DNA of 64,000 nt from a virus, in IMG/VR virus record IMGVR_UViG_3300031963_009547. One strand, written 5' to 3'. The notes beneath the pieces were generated by a model that was not told the origin of the DNA, ran no database searches, and worked only from the letters and a program-made list of their open reading frames with translations. Positions 21,366-33,055 of this stretch are shown piece after piece (position 1 is the first letter of the stretch; every line of letters begins with the position of its first letter). Both the position numbers and the translations under genes were made by a program.

Positions 21366-24300
21366 TGGCAAATAAAATTTTCTTCCCACCTATTGGAACC
21401 AATACTTTCGCAGATAATATTGTCGGTGTTCAAATTACCGATGGTGGTGGTTTAACGCAAGGAAATTTTCAATTTACATCTGCAATATATGAAAAATCAA
21501 ATAGAAAATTTGATACGGGTGTTTTTTCAGAAGGGTATACTTTAGAAAATCTTAAAATTGATAACATTGAACAGGCAAAAAGAATTATTGAAAAAAACTT
21601 TAAGGTTTATCCTAATTATGATTTATCGGAAGTAACGAGTTTTTCTCTATATGGTTCGTTGGCTAAAAGATTGTCCGCATCGGCGATTAAAATAATCAAT
21701 AATTTTCCAGCTGCGATTGAAATAATGGCTCGACATCAATCAGGATTATTTGTTGGGGATACGGCATTTAATATTACATATGACAGTGTTGAAGACGAAA
21801 CAACATTTGATATGAATAGTGCTTTATTTAGAAATCCATTTGAAGTTGATTTTTCTGTAAATGCAAGAAGAAATATTGAGGTAAAACCATTCCCTATACA
21901 TCCTATTAGGGCACTAACTTCGGAGTTTGAAAACTACGCTTTGTATTTTGATACACTGGATGTTGAATATCCATTGACAGATTTTACACCGACGATAAGT
22001 ATGTCAGGTGGAAATGTTACATTAACTGTACTTGGAAATCCTTTTAGTGGTTTAACCGCCACAACAGCTTCACTTATATTAAAACCTAACAACACTAAGA
22101 CACAAGAAATATTTAATGATGCATTTGATGAGGTTGAAAAATTTCTTTTAAATCAAAATACCTCACCAAAATATACTGCTAAATTTTCTTATCCTGATTA
22201 TGATGATAATGGTGTATTAACATTGTATAATAGAAAAGTAACTTGGACATTAAGTACATTTTGGAACCTCGATATCAGTAGTAGTAGATTCAACAAATAT
22301 TTGGATGAACTTCAATTGATTGCTGAAAAGTTAGATGAATATAAAACAAATCTTATAAGTAGATTTTTAATAACGGGGGCATTCAAAGAATTTGATACAA
22401 CGGACCAAAAAATAGAAAAAGTTTTACAAATTTATGGTAGAAGTTTTGATGAGGTTAAAAAGTTTATAGACAGTTTAGCATACGTTAATTCAGTTAACTA
22501 CCAAGTAGGAAACGATATACCATCTCAATTATTATCAAACTTAGCGCAAACATTAGGTATTAATCCTAATATTTCACCTATCACAAATGAAGGGTTTTTA
22601 ACATCAGTTTTTAATCCAACACCACAACAGATTTATCAAGGACAAAAAAACACACCAACACCAACAGAACTTAATTACCAATATTATAAAAATTTAATAT
22701 TGAACGCAGCTTACATGTTCAAAACAAAAGGAACAAGACAATCCTTAGAATATGTGATGAGATTTATAGGCGCACCTGATGCGTTAGTCGAGTTCAACGA
22801 AATAATTTATGTTGCTGATACTAAAATCAACGTTAACAAATTTAATCAACAATATGCTCAGATTTCAGGAGGTACTAAATTTGAGACAACACCTAGTTTA
22901 GATAACAGTAATATTTTTAGTATTCAAGGTGTAACATATACGGGATACACTAGTAGTGGTGTAATCAAATTTATTAATACGACACTCGATGACTACGGTG
23001 TTGATTCAGATGGATATCCTAAAAGTCCACAACAAACACAAGACAACTTCTTCCAAAAAGGAGCAGGTTGGTTTGAAAAAAGCCCAAAACACCGTTCAGT
23101 AGAAACTGTTGATGTGGCAAATTCACAATTCACGGGTTCGAATCCATATCTGATTACAGAAGTTGCTCCGTTTAATTTTGGACAAGAGTATATGAATACT
23201 CTTAGAAAGTTCCCTGATATGAATGTTGGATACACATTAACAAGGGTATCTGATAATCAAAAATCTTGGCCTGTTAATCAAGTAGGGACACGTAAAAATA
23301 ATTCAAATTTCAACGGTGTTGATTATTCAGTGAATGACGATAAGTTAGTAATTAACTCTAAAAACATAGAGTTATATATGAATATGGGACAAGGTATTAC
23401 ATACGACGTATGGGATATGTCTGTGAAATATAATTACCCAATACCTAATTCAGGACTTACCGCTCCTTACCCTTATCCTGGTGATATAGATTGGACTATA
23501 ATAAATCCAAAACCAAAAGAAAAAACATTCTTTGAGTTTGCACAAACTTTCTACAACAACTTTATCAATGTGAGAAATAGACAAACAATATTTGATGGTA
23601 AAACAGGAGGGTATCCAACTTTACAATCTATATATTGGAAATATTTGCAATCACAACAAACGGTAGGTATTCCATCAAATGAATACACCTACCAAAAAAT
23701 GATTGACTTTACTTTGGGTATTGGTGATTACTGGCAAAGATTGTTAGAACAAGTAGTTCCTGGTACAACATTGTGGTTAACAGGTCAAAAAATGGAAAAC
23801 TCTATTTTCCACAGACAAAAATATGTTTGGAGAAGACAAAGAGGTTGTCAGTTTATTCCTGTTGATTGTGTTCCTTGTAGATACACAGGACAACCATTCG
23901 CTTACGACTGTATAGACCAAACTCTTCAGTGTAGTTTGATTTTAGATGGTGCAAATGTTTTACAGACACTATTGGCGTCCCAACTTAGCACTAGTGGATA
24001 TACACAAAATCAGTGCGATTTAAATAGTATAGTATCTAATTGGTATGTTGATTGCCGTTTGGATAATCAAGTGTTAGTACAATCTCAATTCTACACAGGA
24101 TATGGTATAAATGATTACCCAACCCAAACACAATTATTAAACGCATTAGATACAGAACTAGAAGAATTATACCAACACGGGCTAAACTATTATTTTGCTG
24201 GTAATACGTTAATTGTGAGTAATTCAACATGTTATGATGATTTTACAAATAGTACTTTATCATTAAACATAGGTTTAGATATTGATATAAATTGTACACC

Positions 24301-24727
24301 ATCTTCCGCAACACCAACTCCAACTCCTACACCAACTCCTACACCTACACCTACGGCAACACCATCGTATGTGAATGCAATTTTCAATTTTGGTGCACCA
24401 ATTACCTCAACACCTAATAATGTTAGTTTTGTGTTTAGAATAAATGGTGGTTCTTGGGTATATATTAATAACCAAACTGTAGGAAACAAACCTTCATCAA
24501 CTCAATTGTATAACACATACCTTAATTCATTTATTACTGGAGATATACTTGAATTTGGTATTTTAAATACTTCAGGTAATAATGTGACTTTCGGACTTGG
24601 TAATAACTCAGGTATATATACAGGTTATTGTGGATTAATTTCTTACTACACTTATACTATACCAAGTACAAACTTTGCTCTGTACATAAACATACAAGAC
24701 ACTGGAAGTGGATATGTAATTTGTTAA
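21365..24727 (+). CDS. Baseplate wedge protein (gp7 / P2 gpI-like core) with a C-terminal (PT)n linker and beta domain
   Basis: LSNLAQTLG...FKTKGTRQSLEYVMRFIG wedge motif, Cys-rich C-terminal region, TPTPTP linker. Confidence 0.65.
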   Translation: MANKIFFPPIGTNTFADNIVGVQITDGGGLTQGNFQFTSAIYEKSNRKFDTGVFSEGYTLENLKIDNIEQAKRIIEKNFKVYPNYDLSEVTSFSLYGSLAKRLSASAIKIINNFPAAIEIMARHQSGLFVGDTAFNITYDSVEDETTFDMNSALFRNPFEVDFSVNARRNIEVKPFPIHPIRALTSEFENYALYFDTLDVEYPLTDFTPTISMSGGNVTLTVLGNPFSGLTATTASLILKPNNTKTQEIFNDAFDEVEKFLLNQNTSPKYTAKFSYPDYDDNGVLTLYNRKVTWTLSTFWNLDISSSRFNKYLDELQLIAEKLDEYKTNLISRFLITGAFKEFDTTDQKIEKVLQIYGRSFDEVKKFIDSLAYVNSVNYQVGNDIPSQLLSNLAQTLGINPNISPITNEGFLTSVFNPTPQQIYQGQKNTPTPTELNYQYYKNLILNAAYMFKTKGTRQSLEYVMRFIGAPDALVEFNEIIYVADTKINVNKFNQQYAQISGGTKFETTPSLDNSNIFSIQGVTYTGYTSSGVIKFINTTLDDYGVDSDGYPKSPQQTQDNFFQKGAGWFEKSPKHRSVETVDVANSQFTGSNPYLITEVAPFNFGQEYMNTLRKFPDMNVGYTLTRVSDNQKSWPVNQVGTRKNNSNFNGVDYSVNDDKLVINSKNIELYMNMGQGITYDVWDMSVKYNYPIPNSGLTAPYPYPGDIDWTIINPKPKEKTFFEFAQTFYNNFINVRNRQTIFDGKTGGYPTLQSIYWKYLQSQQTVGIPSNEYTYQKMIDFTLGIGDYWQRLLEQVVPGTTLWLTGQKMENSIFHRQKYVWRRQRGCQFIPVDCVPCRYTGQPFAYDCIDQTLQCSLILDGANVLQTLLASQLSTSGYTQNQCDLNSIVSNWYVDCRLDNQVLVQSQFYTGYGINDYPTQTQLLNALDTELEELYQHGLNYYFAGNTLIVSNSTCYDDFTNSTLSLNIGLDIDINCTPSSATPTPTPTPTPTPTPTATPSYVNAIFNFGAPITSTPNNVSFVFRINGGSWVYINNQTVGNKPSSTQLYNTYLNSFITGDILEFGILNTSGNNVTFGLGNNSGIYTGYCGLISYYTYTIPSTNFALYINIQDTGSGYVIC
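24308..24366 (+). repeat. (Pro-Thr)n coding repeat
   Basis: [19 protein letters not shown]. Confidence 0.9.
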
Positions 24728-24740
24728 AATTAATTAAAGA

Positions 24741-27700
24741 ATGGCTTGTGTTTCAGGATTAACGAATGGTGTTTATAGTTATATTGATTGTTGTGGTATA
24801 CCAAGATATGGTGCATCAGTAGGTGAAAGTATATGTTTAGATGAAACTTATACTGGTTCATCCTCCGGTGTTTATATCGCGACAGGGCAAACTTGTACCC
24901 AAAACTGTAATCAAGGACCATTAGGGTATAGTTTTATAGTGTCGGGTGTTTGTTCAGCAGCGACAGGTTCAGTAATATTTTCACCTTTTGGTGGTACACC
25001 TCCTTATACGATTGATAACATTACACCTGGTAGTATATCAGCTCAAACATCATTTGGTCAAATTACATTTACGGGATTAACTGGAGGTACCTACGTATTT
25101 AGACTCAATGACACATTAGGGTTACAAAATAACGAATTATATATTAATGTTGCGGTTACACCTTGTTTTGAGGCTAATATTATAAACGCTAGTGGAACAA
25201 CTTGTGGAGACACTAACGGTTTTTTACAAGTCACAGGAACCACAACAGGTTCACCTTATACGATACTATTTTATAAAGACGGAGTTTTACAGAGCGTCGA
25301 TACCACAAATACATTACCATTCGATTATGATAGTTTAGGTGATGGTATATATTATGCAACTATTATTGATAATGGGGGTGCTAGCGCTAACACTGAAAAT
25401 GCGGTAATAAGTGCGAGTACATCAGTCGATTTTGGTTTTTGGGTTGTAGATACGTCAAACTGTACAACTAACTGGGGTAAATTAGCGGTGACAGGTATTA
25501 CAGGAACTGGACCATATACGTATTTGTGGAATAACGGAGAAACAACACAACTTATTACGGGATTAACACAAGGAATTTATTCTTGTACTGTTACAGATTC
25601 TTTAGGATGTGAAACAACTAAGTCGCAAACCGTTGGGGTTGCAGCACCATTAGGACTGTCATTTTTAAGTGCGGTCCAACCTACATGTTTTTCATCAGAT
25701 GGTTCATTAACATTTACAATAAGTGGAGGTTCACAACCACTATATTTCTCCGCAACATCAAGTCAAGTTGGGTATACCCTATCAGATACATTTACATTAT
25801 CTGGTCTACCATCAGGAAATTACAACGTCTTAGTTAGGGACGCAAATTTCTGTCAAATAGTAGTTAATGGAAATTTACTACCACCAAACGGATTTAGTGT
25901 GGTTGGGACTACGGTGACAAATTCATCTTGTAATATAACTAACGGTTCAATTGATGTTAGTATTGCAGGTGCGAACGCTTTTTATACGTACTCACTTTCG
26001 GGGTTAACTGGTAATACAATTCAAACAAATACATCACAAAACCAATCTTATAGTTTTAATAATCTTCAAAACGACACATACTTACTAACCATAAGTGGTA
26101 GTGGTACACAATGTGTATATACAGAAACTATTACTTTAAGTTCTACCGAAAAGTTTCAAATTAATGTATCAACCACAGGTTCAACTTGTGGTCAAACAAA
26201 TGGGACTGCTGATGTTTTGTTATCAACGGGATACACATTACCATTAAATTATGTTTTGAGTAATGGTAATCAGATACTAAATACAACTTTAACTTCAACA
26301 ACATATAATAATTTATCAAGTGGTTCTTATACTATAACAATAACTGATAATGACGGATGTTCCGTATCTACAGGATTTACTATTAGTAGTGGTGGAAGTT
26401 TATTAACAGGAATAAATACTACAAACTGTACAAATGGTAACAATGGAAGTGCCTCAGTTGTAATTTACGACGGTGAGCCACCATTTAGTTATTTATGGTC
26501 AAACGGTAGTACTGGTTCGTCAATAAGTAACCTTTCATCTGGTTTATATGATGTTACAATTACAGATGCATCGGGATGTACCGACACACAATACTTCACA
26601 TTAAATTGTACTGGAAACCTCATCAATAATTACCAAACATTTAATCTTTGTGCAAATACGTTTACAACAACAAGCGGTAACCAAAGAGGTATGTTGGAAA
26701 TGTTAAATGAAGGTTATTTAGATATTACTTCGGGTTATACTAATTGCACATTCAACTCTGCTATTTTTACTTGTGAAATAATAGTTAATGGTAGTGCGTT
26801 TACTGAAACATTCTACACAGCAACAACCCTTAATGATGTTCCACAAGACACTTTGTGGCAATCAACAATTGAATCAATACTTTCAGGTATAACTGAAATA
26901 CAATCATATCAAATAGATTTATTGAACAATACTTTAACTATTACGTCTGATTGTGATGGTGATTACGACCCACTTGCGGATGCTGATTTTAGTTTAGGTT
27001 TAGAAATCGTGTATGACGTTACTTGTTCAGGTTATTTATTCCCAACGCCAACACCTACTGCAACACCTACCGCAACACCAACACCTACGGCTACGCCAAC
27101 ACCAACACCAACACCTACCGCAACACCTACCGCAACGCCGACACCAACACCAACACCTACCGCAACGCCGACACCTACACCTACTGCGACGCCTACTCCT
27201 ACGCCGACCGCAACTCCGACCCCAACACCTACGCCAACGCCAACACCGGTATACTATAATCTTCAATTAAGTATAACAAATGAGACTGCAACATTAAGTA
27301 CTTTCAATATATCATATAGTGTGGATAGTGGTTCAACATGGAATTTATGGCAAAATACAACAACAACAAATCATCCAACATATACTAATTTTGGTGGGTT
27401 AACATTCTTACCTGGCACTGATGTTGAAATAGCATTAACGAATAGTTCAGATAATGATATTTCTTTTGGTGTTGGATTTATTCCATTATTGAGTGTCGGT
27501 GATTATACTTCACTTTGTGGTAAATCTAACCCATTAATTGTACCAACAATAACTGGTAATACTAGTTACTATTTAAATCTCGCAGTTTCAGGAGCAACTT
27601 ATGTGAGTTGCCCATTGCCTACACCAACGCCAACGCCAACGCCAACTGCGACACCTACACCTACGGCAACACCAACTCCTACACCAACGCCAACGCCAAC

Positions 27701-28451
27701 TGCGACACCAACACCTACACCTACGGCAACACCAACTCCTACACCAACGCCAACACCAACTCCAGGGTATCTCGCAAGATTTCCATCAACAACATGGGTT
27801 GATTCAAGTGGAGGTCAATGGGCAACACCACAAATACAGTCAGGTAATTTGAACTATGCAGGAGCACCTAATGAAACGTTAACAATAAGATTTACTTTAC
27901 CTAATTTGATAAGATTTTCAGGTGGTTCATCAATCAACGGAGTATTATATGATGAATATAGTGCAAACACTTTTACCGTTACTACTAACGGTTCAGGTAC
28001 AGGAACATTATCATTCGTAACAAGTGCAAACACTACATCGTCAACATTCGGTCAAAAAGTTGCTTTATTTGAAATAATTGCGTCTTCATCCGGTTCTACC
28101 ATAAATCCTGCTAGTGGTTCTAATAGATTATTATATAGGTACACTAATCCTATTTTTGGAGGTAGACCTTGGATTGGAAACAATGTAATTTCAGCAACTA
28201 CAAGTGGGGATGCGTGTAATAATATAGCGTATGAAACGATATATAGAATCGACACATTTAGTATTCCACCAAACGTAGGAGCCAATGTTTATTCTGGTGA
28301 CACAGGTACAAACCTTGTTAATGGAGACAACAAATGGATTGCAATTACTTATCCTACCGCTCCAAGTGATGAATTAGGTAATTATAATACTAAATATGTA
28401 ATCCAAGTTGATGCCTCAGGTGTGATAACAAATATTCAAACTTGCCCATAA
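24741..28451 (+). CDS. Cys-rich SprB-repeat tail appendage/adhesin with two long (PT)n mucin-like tracts
   Basis: Repeated GGTPPY / [10 protein letters not shown]...[17 protein letters not shown] / [16 protein letters not shown] units (SprB-repeat pattern), plus PT/PTA tracts. Confidence 0.7.
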   Translation: MACVSGLTNGVYSYIDCCGIPRYGASVGESICLDETYTGSSSGVYIATGQTCTQNCNQGPLGYSFIVSGVCSAATGSVIFSPFGGTPPYTIDNITPGSISAQTSFGQITFTGLTGGTYVFRLNDTLGLQNNELYINVAVTPCFEANIINASGTTCGDTNGFLQVTGTTTGSPYTILFYKDGVLQSVDTTNTLPFDYDSLGDGIYYATIIDNGGASANTENAVISASTSVDFGFWVVDTSNCTTNWGKLAVTGITGTGPYTYLWNNGETTQLITGLTQGIYSCTVTDSLGCETTKSQTVGVAAPLGLSFLSAVQPTCFSSDGSLTFTISGGSQPLYFSATSSQVGYTLSDTFTLSGLPSGNYNVLVRDANFCQIVVNGNLLPPNGFSVVGTTVTNSSCNITNGSIDVSIAGANAFYTYSLSGLTGNTIQTNTSQNQSYSFNNLQNDTYLLTISGSGTQCVYTETITLSSTEKFQINVSTTGSTCGQTNGTADVLLSTGYTLPLNYVLSNGNQILNTTLTSTTYNNLSSGSYTITITDNDGCSVSTGFTISSGGSLLTGINTTNCTNGNNGSASVVIYDGEPPFSYLWSNGSTGSSISNLSSGLYDVTITDASGCTDTQYFTLNCTGNLINNYQTFNLCANTFTTTSGNQRGMLEMLNEGYLDITSGYTNCTFNSAIFTCEIIVNGSAFTETFYTATTLNDVPQDTLWQSTIESILSGITEIQSYQIDLLNNTLTITSDCDGDYDPLADADFSLGLEIVYDVTCSGYLFPTPTPTATPTATPTPTATPTPTPTPTATPTATPTPTPTPTATPTPTPTATPTPTPTATPTPTPTPTPTPVYYNLQLSITNETATLSTFNISYSVDSGSTWNLWQNTTTTNHPTYTNFGGLTFLPGTDVEIALTNSSDNDISFGVGFIPLLSVGDYTSLCGKSNPLIVPTITGNTSYYLNLAVSGATYVSCPLPTPTPTPTPTATPTPTATPTPTPTPTPTATPTPTPTATPTPTPTPTPTPGYLARFPSTTWVDSSGGQWATPQIQSGNLNYAGAPNETLTIRFTLPNLIRFSGGSSINGVLYDEYSANTFTVTTNGSGTGTLSFVTSANTTSSTFGQKVALFEIIASSSGSTINPASGSNRLLYRYTNPIFGGRPWIGNNVISATTSGDACNNIAYETIYRIDTFSIPPNVGANVYSGDTGTNLVNGDNKWIAITYPTAPSDELGNYNTKYVIQVDASGVITNIQTCP
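27041..27248 (+). repeat. (Pro-Thr/Ala)n coding repeat, ~69 aa
   Basis: [16 protein letters not shown]...; synonymous codons vary, so the repeat is conserved at the protein level. Confidence 0.9.
27618..27764 (+). repeat. (Pro-Thr/Ala)n coding repeat, ~49 aa
   Basis: [18 protein letters not shown]... Confidence 0.9.
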
Positions 28452-28738
28452 TGCCATCACAACTAATCATATCGGGGGAGACGGGAGGAACACCTCCTTA
28501 TCAGTTTTATGTATGTGACCAATATATGAATAACTGCTTCTTGTTGGGACCAACAGGTGGTACATTTACATTAAATGCTTTTTTTTCAACTGCTCAAGTA
28601 TTACTTATAAAAGTTGTTGACAGTACTGGATGTATGACATTCAAACTTGTATACTGTCCATTCGATACGTTCTTTATATTAACTGAGACAGGTCTCATAA
28701 TAACCACAGAAAGTGGTGATAGTTTAGTTTGGATATAA
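28451..28738 (+). CDS. Small single SprB/Ig-like domain protein (putative adaptor 1)
   Basis: GGTPPYQFYVCD...KVVDSTGC, C-terminal ILTETG.IITTESG. ATG at 28451 overlaps the upstream TAA. Confidence 0.6.
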   Translation: MPSQLIISGETGGTPPYQFYVCDQYMNNCFLLGPTGGTFTLNAFFSTAQVLLIKVVDSTGCMTFKLVYCPFDTFFILTETGLIITTESGDSLVWI

Positions 28739-29023
28739 ATGTTAATTACAATTACAGGTATAACAAGCGGAAGTAGTCCATATAACATATACATATGTGA
28801 TTCAAATAACACTGCTTGTTTTTATGTAAGTGGAGTGACATCAATACCACCTTCAGTTGTGATAGATACTGATAATTTTTTTCCTAATGCACCTGCGGTG
28901 TATCTTAAAATTTTAGACGGTACTTTATGTGAGAAATTATATTTATTAGAATGTGGAGTATATAACTTCCAAGACACTAATATTTTTATTTTTATGGACG
29001 GTAATATTAATGTCTTCCAATAA
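28739..29023 (+). CDS. Small single SprB/Ig-like domain protein (putative adaptor 2)
   Basis: ITSGSSPYNIYICD...LKILDGTLC, C-terminal YNFQD..IFIFMDG; paralog of 28451 and 36694. Confidence 0.6.
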   Translation: MLITITGITSGSSPYNIYICDSNNTACFYVSGVTSIPPSVVIDTDNFFPNAPAVYLKILDGTLCEKLYLLECGVYNFQDTNIFIFMDGNINVFQ

Positions 29024-29035
29024 TTATTTCCACAA

Positions 29036-29043
29036 TATTTATA
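29036..29043 (+). promoter_or_regulatory. TATTTATA putative late promoter
   Basis: Ends 7 nt upstream of the ATG at 29051. Confidence 0.5.
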
Positions 29044-29050
29044 AAGTGAT

Positions 29051-32000
29051 ATGCCAACTTATAATAGACTAACCGACAGAACCCTAGCCACGGGTGTAAC
29101 TCTTACTGATTTAATTCACATAGTAATTACTGGTGACACCTCTCAAAACGCTGCAGGGTCATCTTATAAAGCAACGATTGCCCAATTAGCAAGTATTCTA
29201 ACCGGTGCTACGGGTACTGCAGGAACTGCAGGAACTTCAGGAACAAATGGTACTAGTGGTGCAAACGGAACTTCAGGTACGAATGGTACTAGTGGAGTTG
29301 GAACTAATGGTACTTCTGGAAGTTCAGGATTGTCGGGTACAAATGGAACGTCAGGTACTAGTGGTAGTTCAGGTATTGATGGTACGTCTGGTTCTTCTGG
29401 CTCAAGCGGAATATCGGGAACATCTGGTTCTTCTGGTATTAATGGAACTTCCGGCTCAAGCGGATTATCAGGAACATCTGGCTCTTCTGGTTCAAGTGGT
29501 AGTTCAGGTATTGATGGTACGTCTGGTTCTTCTGGCTCAAGCGGATTATCAGGAACATCTGGCTCTTCTGGTTCAAGTGGAATATCGGGAACATCTGGTT
29601 CTTCTGGTATTAATGGAACTTCCGGCTCAAGTGGATTATCAGGAACATCGGGCTCTTCTGGCATTAATGGAACTTCTGGTTCAAGCGGATTATCAGGAAC
29701 ATCTGGCTCTTCTGGTTCAAGTGGAATATCGGGAACATCTGGTTCTTCTGGTATTAATGGAACTTCCGGCTCAAGTGGATTATCAGGAACATCGGGCTCT
29801 TCTGGCATTAATGGAACTTCTGGTTCAAGCGGAACTTCTGGTTCAAGCGGAACTTCTGGTTCATCGGGAACTAACGGAACATCAGGTATTTCTGGTGTAG
29901 ATGGTACTAACGGAACATCAGGAACCAATGGAACCAGCGGCACTAATGGTAGTTCAGGGACATCGGGTTCTTCTGGCATTAACGGAACGTCCGGTTCAAG
30001 TGGAATATCGGGAACATCGGGTTCTTCAGGCACAAGTGGTTCTTCAGGTATTAATGGAACAAATGGTACTTCAGGTTCTTCAGGTACTAGCGGTTCATCA
30101 GGTTCTAGTGGTGTCGGATTCAATGCTATCCAAACACCATCACTTACAAGAGTATTAACTTCTGATGGTACAACAACAGGTGCAATTGCACAATCAGGTT
30201 TAACATATAATGGTTCACAATTAACAGTTAGTGGTCTTACATATACGAGTGGTATAACATCGGTAAGTGGTATTATTTTTAAACAAGTAACTATTAATGG
30301 TTCTTATACTGCAACCACAGATGATTACATGATTGATATAACAGGCGGTACATTTACCGTATCATTACCAACTGCGGTAGGTCAACAAGGTAGATTATAC
30401 GTAATTAAAAATAATGGTGGAGGTGCTGTTACTGTGGACCCGTTCGGTAGTGAAACTATTGATGGTAAACCATTTGTGATTTTAGGTGAAACAAATAGTA
30501 TTCAATTAGCAAGTAATGGAACTGAATGGGTTGCTTTAGGGTATAACATATCAACAGTAAACTCATCAACAGGCGTATTTGAATTTACAGGATTAACTAT
30601 TGCGTCACCAACAACATTTACCGTGGCACCTGTTAAAGGATGGATTGTTGATGATACAACAAATCCTTTATCACCACAACTTTATTATCTATCATATACA
30701 GGTGGTACATATACCGCGACATATGTTACCGCTAGTACTGAAACTTGGATTTATGTGACAAGTGGGGGAACAATAGTACAATCAAATATTCCTTTAACGG
30801 ACCAAGAAAGAAGACAAAACATTGCTTTAGGTAAATTGGGTCATGCAAATAAAACATCAATCATTAATGCGTTTTCTCAACCTGATTTTGTTTTATCACC
30901 GTTATCACAACTTCGTGATATGTTCGAACCTATTAATTTGATAAATGGGGGAATAACAGCATCTCCAAATGGTACCAATTTAAGTTTTAATACAAGTGCA
31001 GGTTATTTACATGGATTAGGGATTAATTTTGCAAATGATACATTAAATCCTGATTCATTATACGTTTCAGGAACAAATCCTTGTACTTTTCAATATAGAA
31101 CACAAACGGGTGGAACTGCGACTAACGTAACGGTAATTGACCCTACAAAATATGATGTTGGGGGTGTTATAACAACACTATCAGGGACTAAAGCAACAAA
31201 CCAAAGAATATATTTGGTTCAAAATGGTGTGTTCAGAGTTCAATACGGACAAACTGAATATTCAACATTAGCACAAGCAGTTGCGGGTCTTGCAACCGAA
31301 CAATATGTTGAATTTTCAAACTTTAATACTAACGGTATTTTAATTGGTGTTATATCTGTATTAAGTTCAGCTACTGATTTAAGTGATACTTCTAAAGCAT
31401 TATTTTTTAGAGCATCAAAATTTGGTGAGTCAACAGGAGCAGCTGGAGGTAGTGCAACGACAAACTTGCAACAAGCATATAATAATTCAGCAGAACCTGA
31501 AATTTTAACCAATTCAACATTAGGAGCTGTAACAATTAAAAATGGTTCAGGTAATCCAGATTCGACATCAAGTTTACTTGAGGGTCTAAACTCATCTGGT
31601 GGGGTTACATCATTTATCCGTGCTAACGGGTCATTATCAGCAACTACCATTTCAGCAACAACAATATCTGCAACAACATACCAAAACTTACCAAGCGATG
31701 TGGTAATTATTAACTCAACACAGATTCAATCAGGATTTACAGGTGGAGTATTATTCCAAAGTTCGGCAAGTACTGTAAGTCAAACTACTGGATTTACTTG
31801 GGATAATGTAAATAAAAGGTTGGGAATTGGGACTAACTCCCCTCTCTACGACTTAGACGTTTATGGGTCTATCTATCAAAAAACCGGAGAATTATTAATT
31901 ACATCCACAGGTGGTGTTAACAAAGAAGGACCATTTATTGCGTCAAGTGGTGGTGACGAGGTAAGCTCTGATAGAAAAATCCAATTAGGCATTTCAGACA

Positions 32001-33010
32001 ATTCAACTGTACCTGTCGGTATTAATATGTTTGTAACTAACAATTCATTCCCACCAAGCTACATAAACTTCAGAGTAAACAATGCGGATTTAGTTATGAT
32101 GTCCGGTAGTTCTGTTATAATTAGCGGTAATACTCATACAAATGGTATGACAGCAACCACAATTTCTGCAACTACATTATCGACCATTACCGCTAACACA
32201 AATACTATATCAATATTTTCTGCAACTACAGGTACAACCACATCATATTTAGGGTTAGATTCAAATAATAGGGTTATCAAGGCAACAGTGCCAGGCTCCA
32301 ATAATCAGTTATTAACTTCAAATGGGTCGGGGTTAATAAATGCCCAATCAGGATTAACCTATGATGGGTCAACATTAAGATTATTGTATCAATCCGGAGA
32401 TGAAGGTGGTGAAATGTTATTAAGTAAACCTGTTACTAATACCTCAATTTCGGGAACAGGAGTTAGTATTGATGTTTATCAAAATAAATATCGTATATTT
32501 GAACAAGGTGGGTCTGCTAGAGGGGCATATATAGATATTACTGATTTAGATACTTCTGTCGGTGTTAATTTGGCACCATGGAGATATTTGTATGTTACAA
32601 GAGCAACGTCTAATCAAACAATTGGAAGTGGTACATGGGCCAATATCGACATTATATTTAATAATCAAGTAGTATCAAAGGGAATTACTTATAACACAAG
32701 TACAGGTAGAGCGACTTTACCTCCTGGTGTATATAGAATTACCGCTCAACTTGCTTGGCAGGCGGCAGCAGTATACACGATTCAATTTTCTTGTTACGAT
32801 AGCTCAAACAATCAATTGGGTCCTACTGTTGAAATGATACAATCGACAAACAGTACTAATAACATTTCAAATGGTTATTTAGATTTTATCTATACGGTAA
32901 CTAATACGATTGATGTTAAGATTAAAACCACTAATAGTACAAATGCTTTAAGTGGTGAACAGATTAGATTTGATTTGAACACTTCAATGATTATCCAACA
33001 AATAGGTTAA
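29051..33010 (+). CDS. Tail fibre with a Pro-free Gly-X-Y (collagen-like) Ser/Thr-rich stalk and a C-terminal C1q/BclA-like domain
   Basis: ~100 G-X-Y triplets (GTS/GSS/GIN), a fibre domain (VSLPTA...VIKN...ETIDG), a RLGIGTNSP.YDLDV shaft motif, and C-terminal IIFNN...YNTSTG...PGVYRI. Confidence 0.72.
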   Translation: MPTYNRLTDRTLATGVTLTDLIHIVITGDTSQNAAGSSYKATIAQLASILTGATGTAGTAGTSGTNGTSGANGTSGTNGTSGVGTNGTSGSSGLSGTNGTSGTSGSSGIDGTSGSSGSSGISGTSGSSGINGTSGSSGLSGTSGSSGSSGSSGIDGTSGSSGSSGLSGTSGSSGSSGISGTSGSSGINGTSGSSGLSGTSGSSGINGTSGSSGLSGTSGSSGSSGISGTSGSSGINGTSGSSGLSGTSGSSGINGTSGSSGTSGSSGTSGSSGTNGTSGISGVDGTNGTSGTNGTSGTNGSSGTSGSSGINGTSGSSGISGTSGSSGTSGSSGINGTNGTSGSSGTSGSSGSSGVGFNAIQTPSLTRVLTSDGTTTGAIAQSGLTYNGSQLTVSGLTYTSGITSVSGIIFKQVTINGSYTATTDDYMIDITGGTFTVSLPTAVGQQGRLYVIKNNGGGAVTVDPFGSETIDGKPFVILGETNSIQLASNGTEWVALGYNISTVNSSTGVFEFTGLTIASPTTFTVAPVKGWIVDDTTNPLSPQLYYLSYTGGTYTATYVTASTETWIYVTSGGTIVQSNIPLTDQERRQNIALGKLGHANKTSIINAFSQPDFVLSPLSQLRDMFEPINLINGGITASPNGTNLSFNTSAGYLHGLGINFANDTLNPDSLYVSGTNPCTFQYRTQTGGTATNVTVIDPTKYDVGGVITTLSGTKATNQRIYLVQNGVFRVQYGQTEYSTLAQAVAGLATEQYVEFSNFNTNGILIGVISVLSSATDLSDTSKALFFRASKFGESTGAAGGSATTNLQQAYNNSAEPEILTNSTLGAVTIKNGSGNPDSTSSLLEGLNSSGGVTSFIRANGSLSATTISATTISATTYQNLPSDVVIINSTQIQSGFTGGVLFQSSASTVSQTTGFTWDNVNKRLGIGTNSPLYDLDVYGSIYQKTGELLITSTGGVNKEGPFIASSGGDEVSSDRKIQLGISDNSTVPVGINMFVTNNSFPPSYINFRVNNADLVMMSGSSVIISGNTHTNGMTATTISATTLSTITANTNTISIFSATTGTTTSYLGLDSNNRVIKATVPGSNNQLLTSNGSGLINAQSGLTYDGSTLRLLYQSGDEGGEMLLSKPVTNTSISGTGVSIDVYQNKYRIFEQGGSARGAYIDITDLDTSVGVNLAPWRYLYVTRATSNQTIGSGTWANIDIIFNNQVVSKGITYNTSTGRATLPPGVYRITAQLAWQAAAVYTIQFSCYDSSNNQLGPTVEMIQSTNSTNNISNGYLDFIYTVTNTIDVKIKTTNSTNALSGEQIRFDLNTSMIIQQIG
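29204..30118 (+). repeat. Gly-X-Y 9-bp-period repeat with higher-order tandem duplications
   Basis: Recurrent ggaacatctggttcttctggtattaatggaacttccggctcaag units. Confidence 0.9.
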
Positions 33011-33013
33011 GTA

Positions 33014-33041
33014 TTGTTTTTTTATGGTTATAACTTATCAT
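33014..33041 (+). promoter_or_regulatory. Possible sigma70-type promoter for the glycosyltransferase pair
   Basis: TTGTTT-N16-TATCAT, the same spacing as the promoters at 709 and 43691. Confidence 0.35.
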
Positions 33042-33055
33042 AAAGAAAAAAACTT

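Noticed and set aside
27013-27802. Alternative-frame and antisense ORFs over the PT tracts (also 24232, 35440, 35447, 36044)
   Set aside because: Artefacts of the low-complexity CCN-ACN repeats.
27041-30118. Tandem repeats as a possible CRISPR array
   Set aside because: No identical repeats separated by unique spacers; all are in-frame coding repeats. The Cas4-like nuclease at 44639 has no cas neighbours.
29164-30158. 319-aa minus ORF (EPEVP repeats) and alternative + frame ORFs 29205/29901
   Set aside because: These are stop-free shadows of the 9-bp-period Gly-X-Y repeat.
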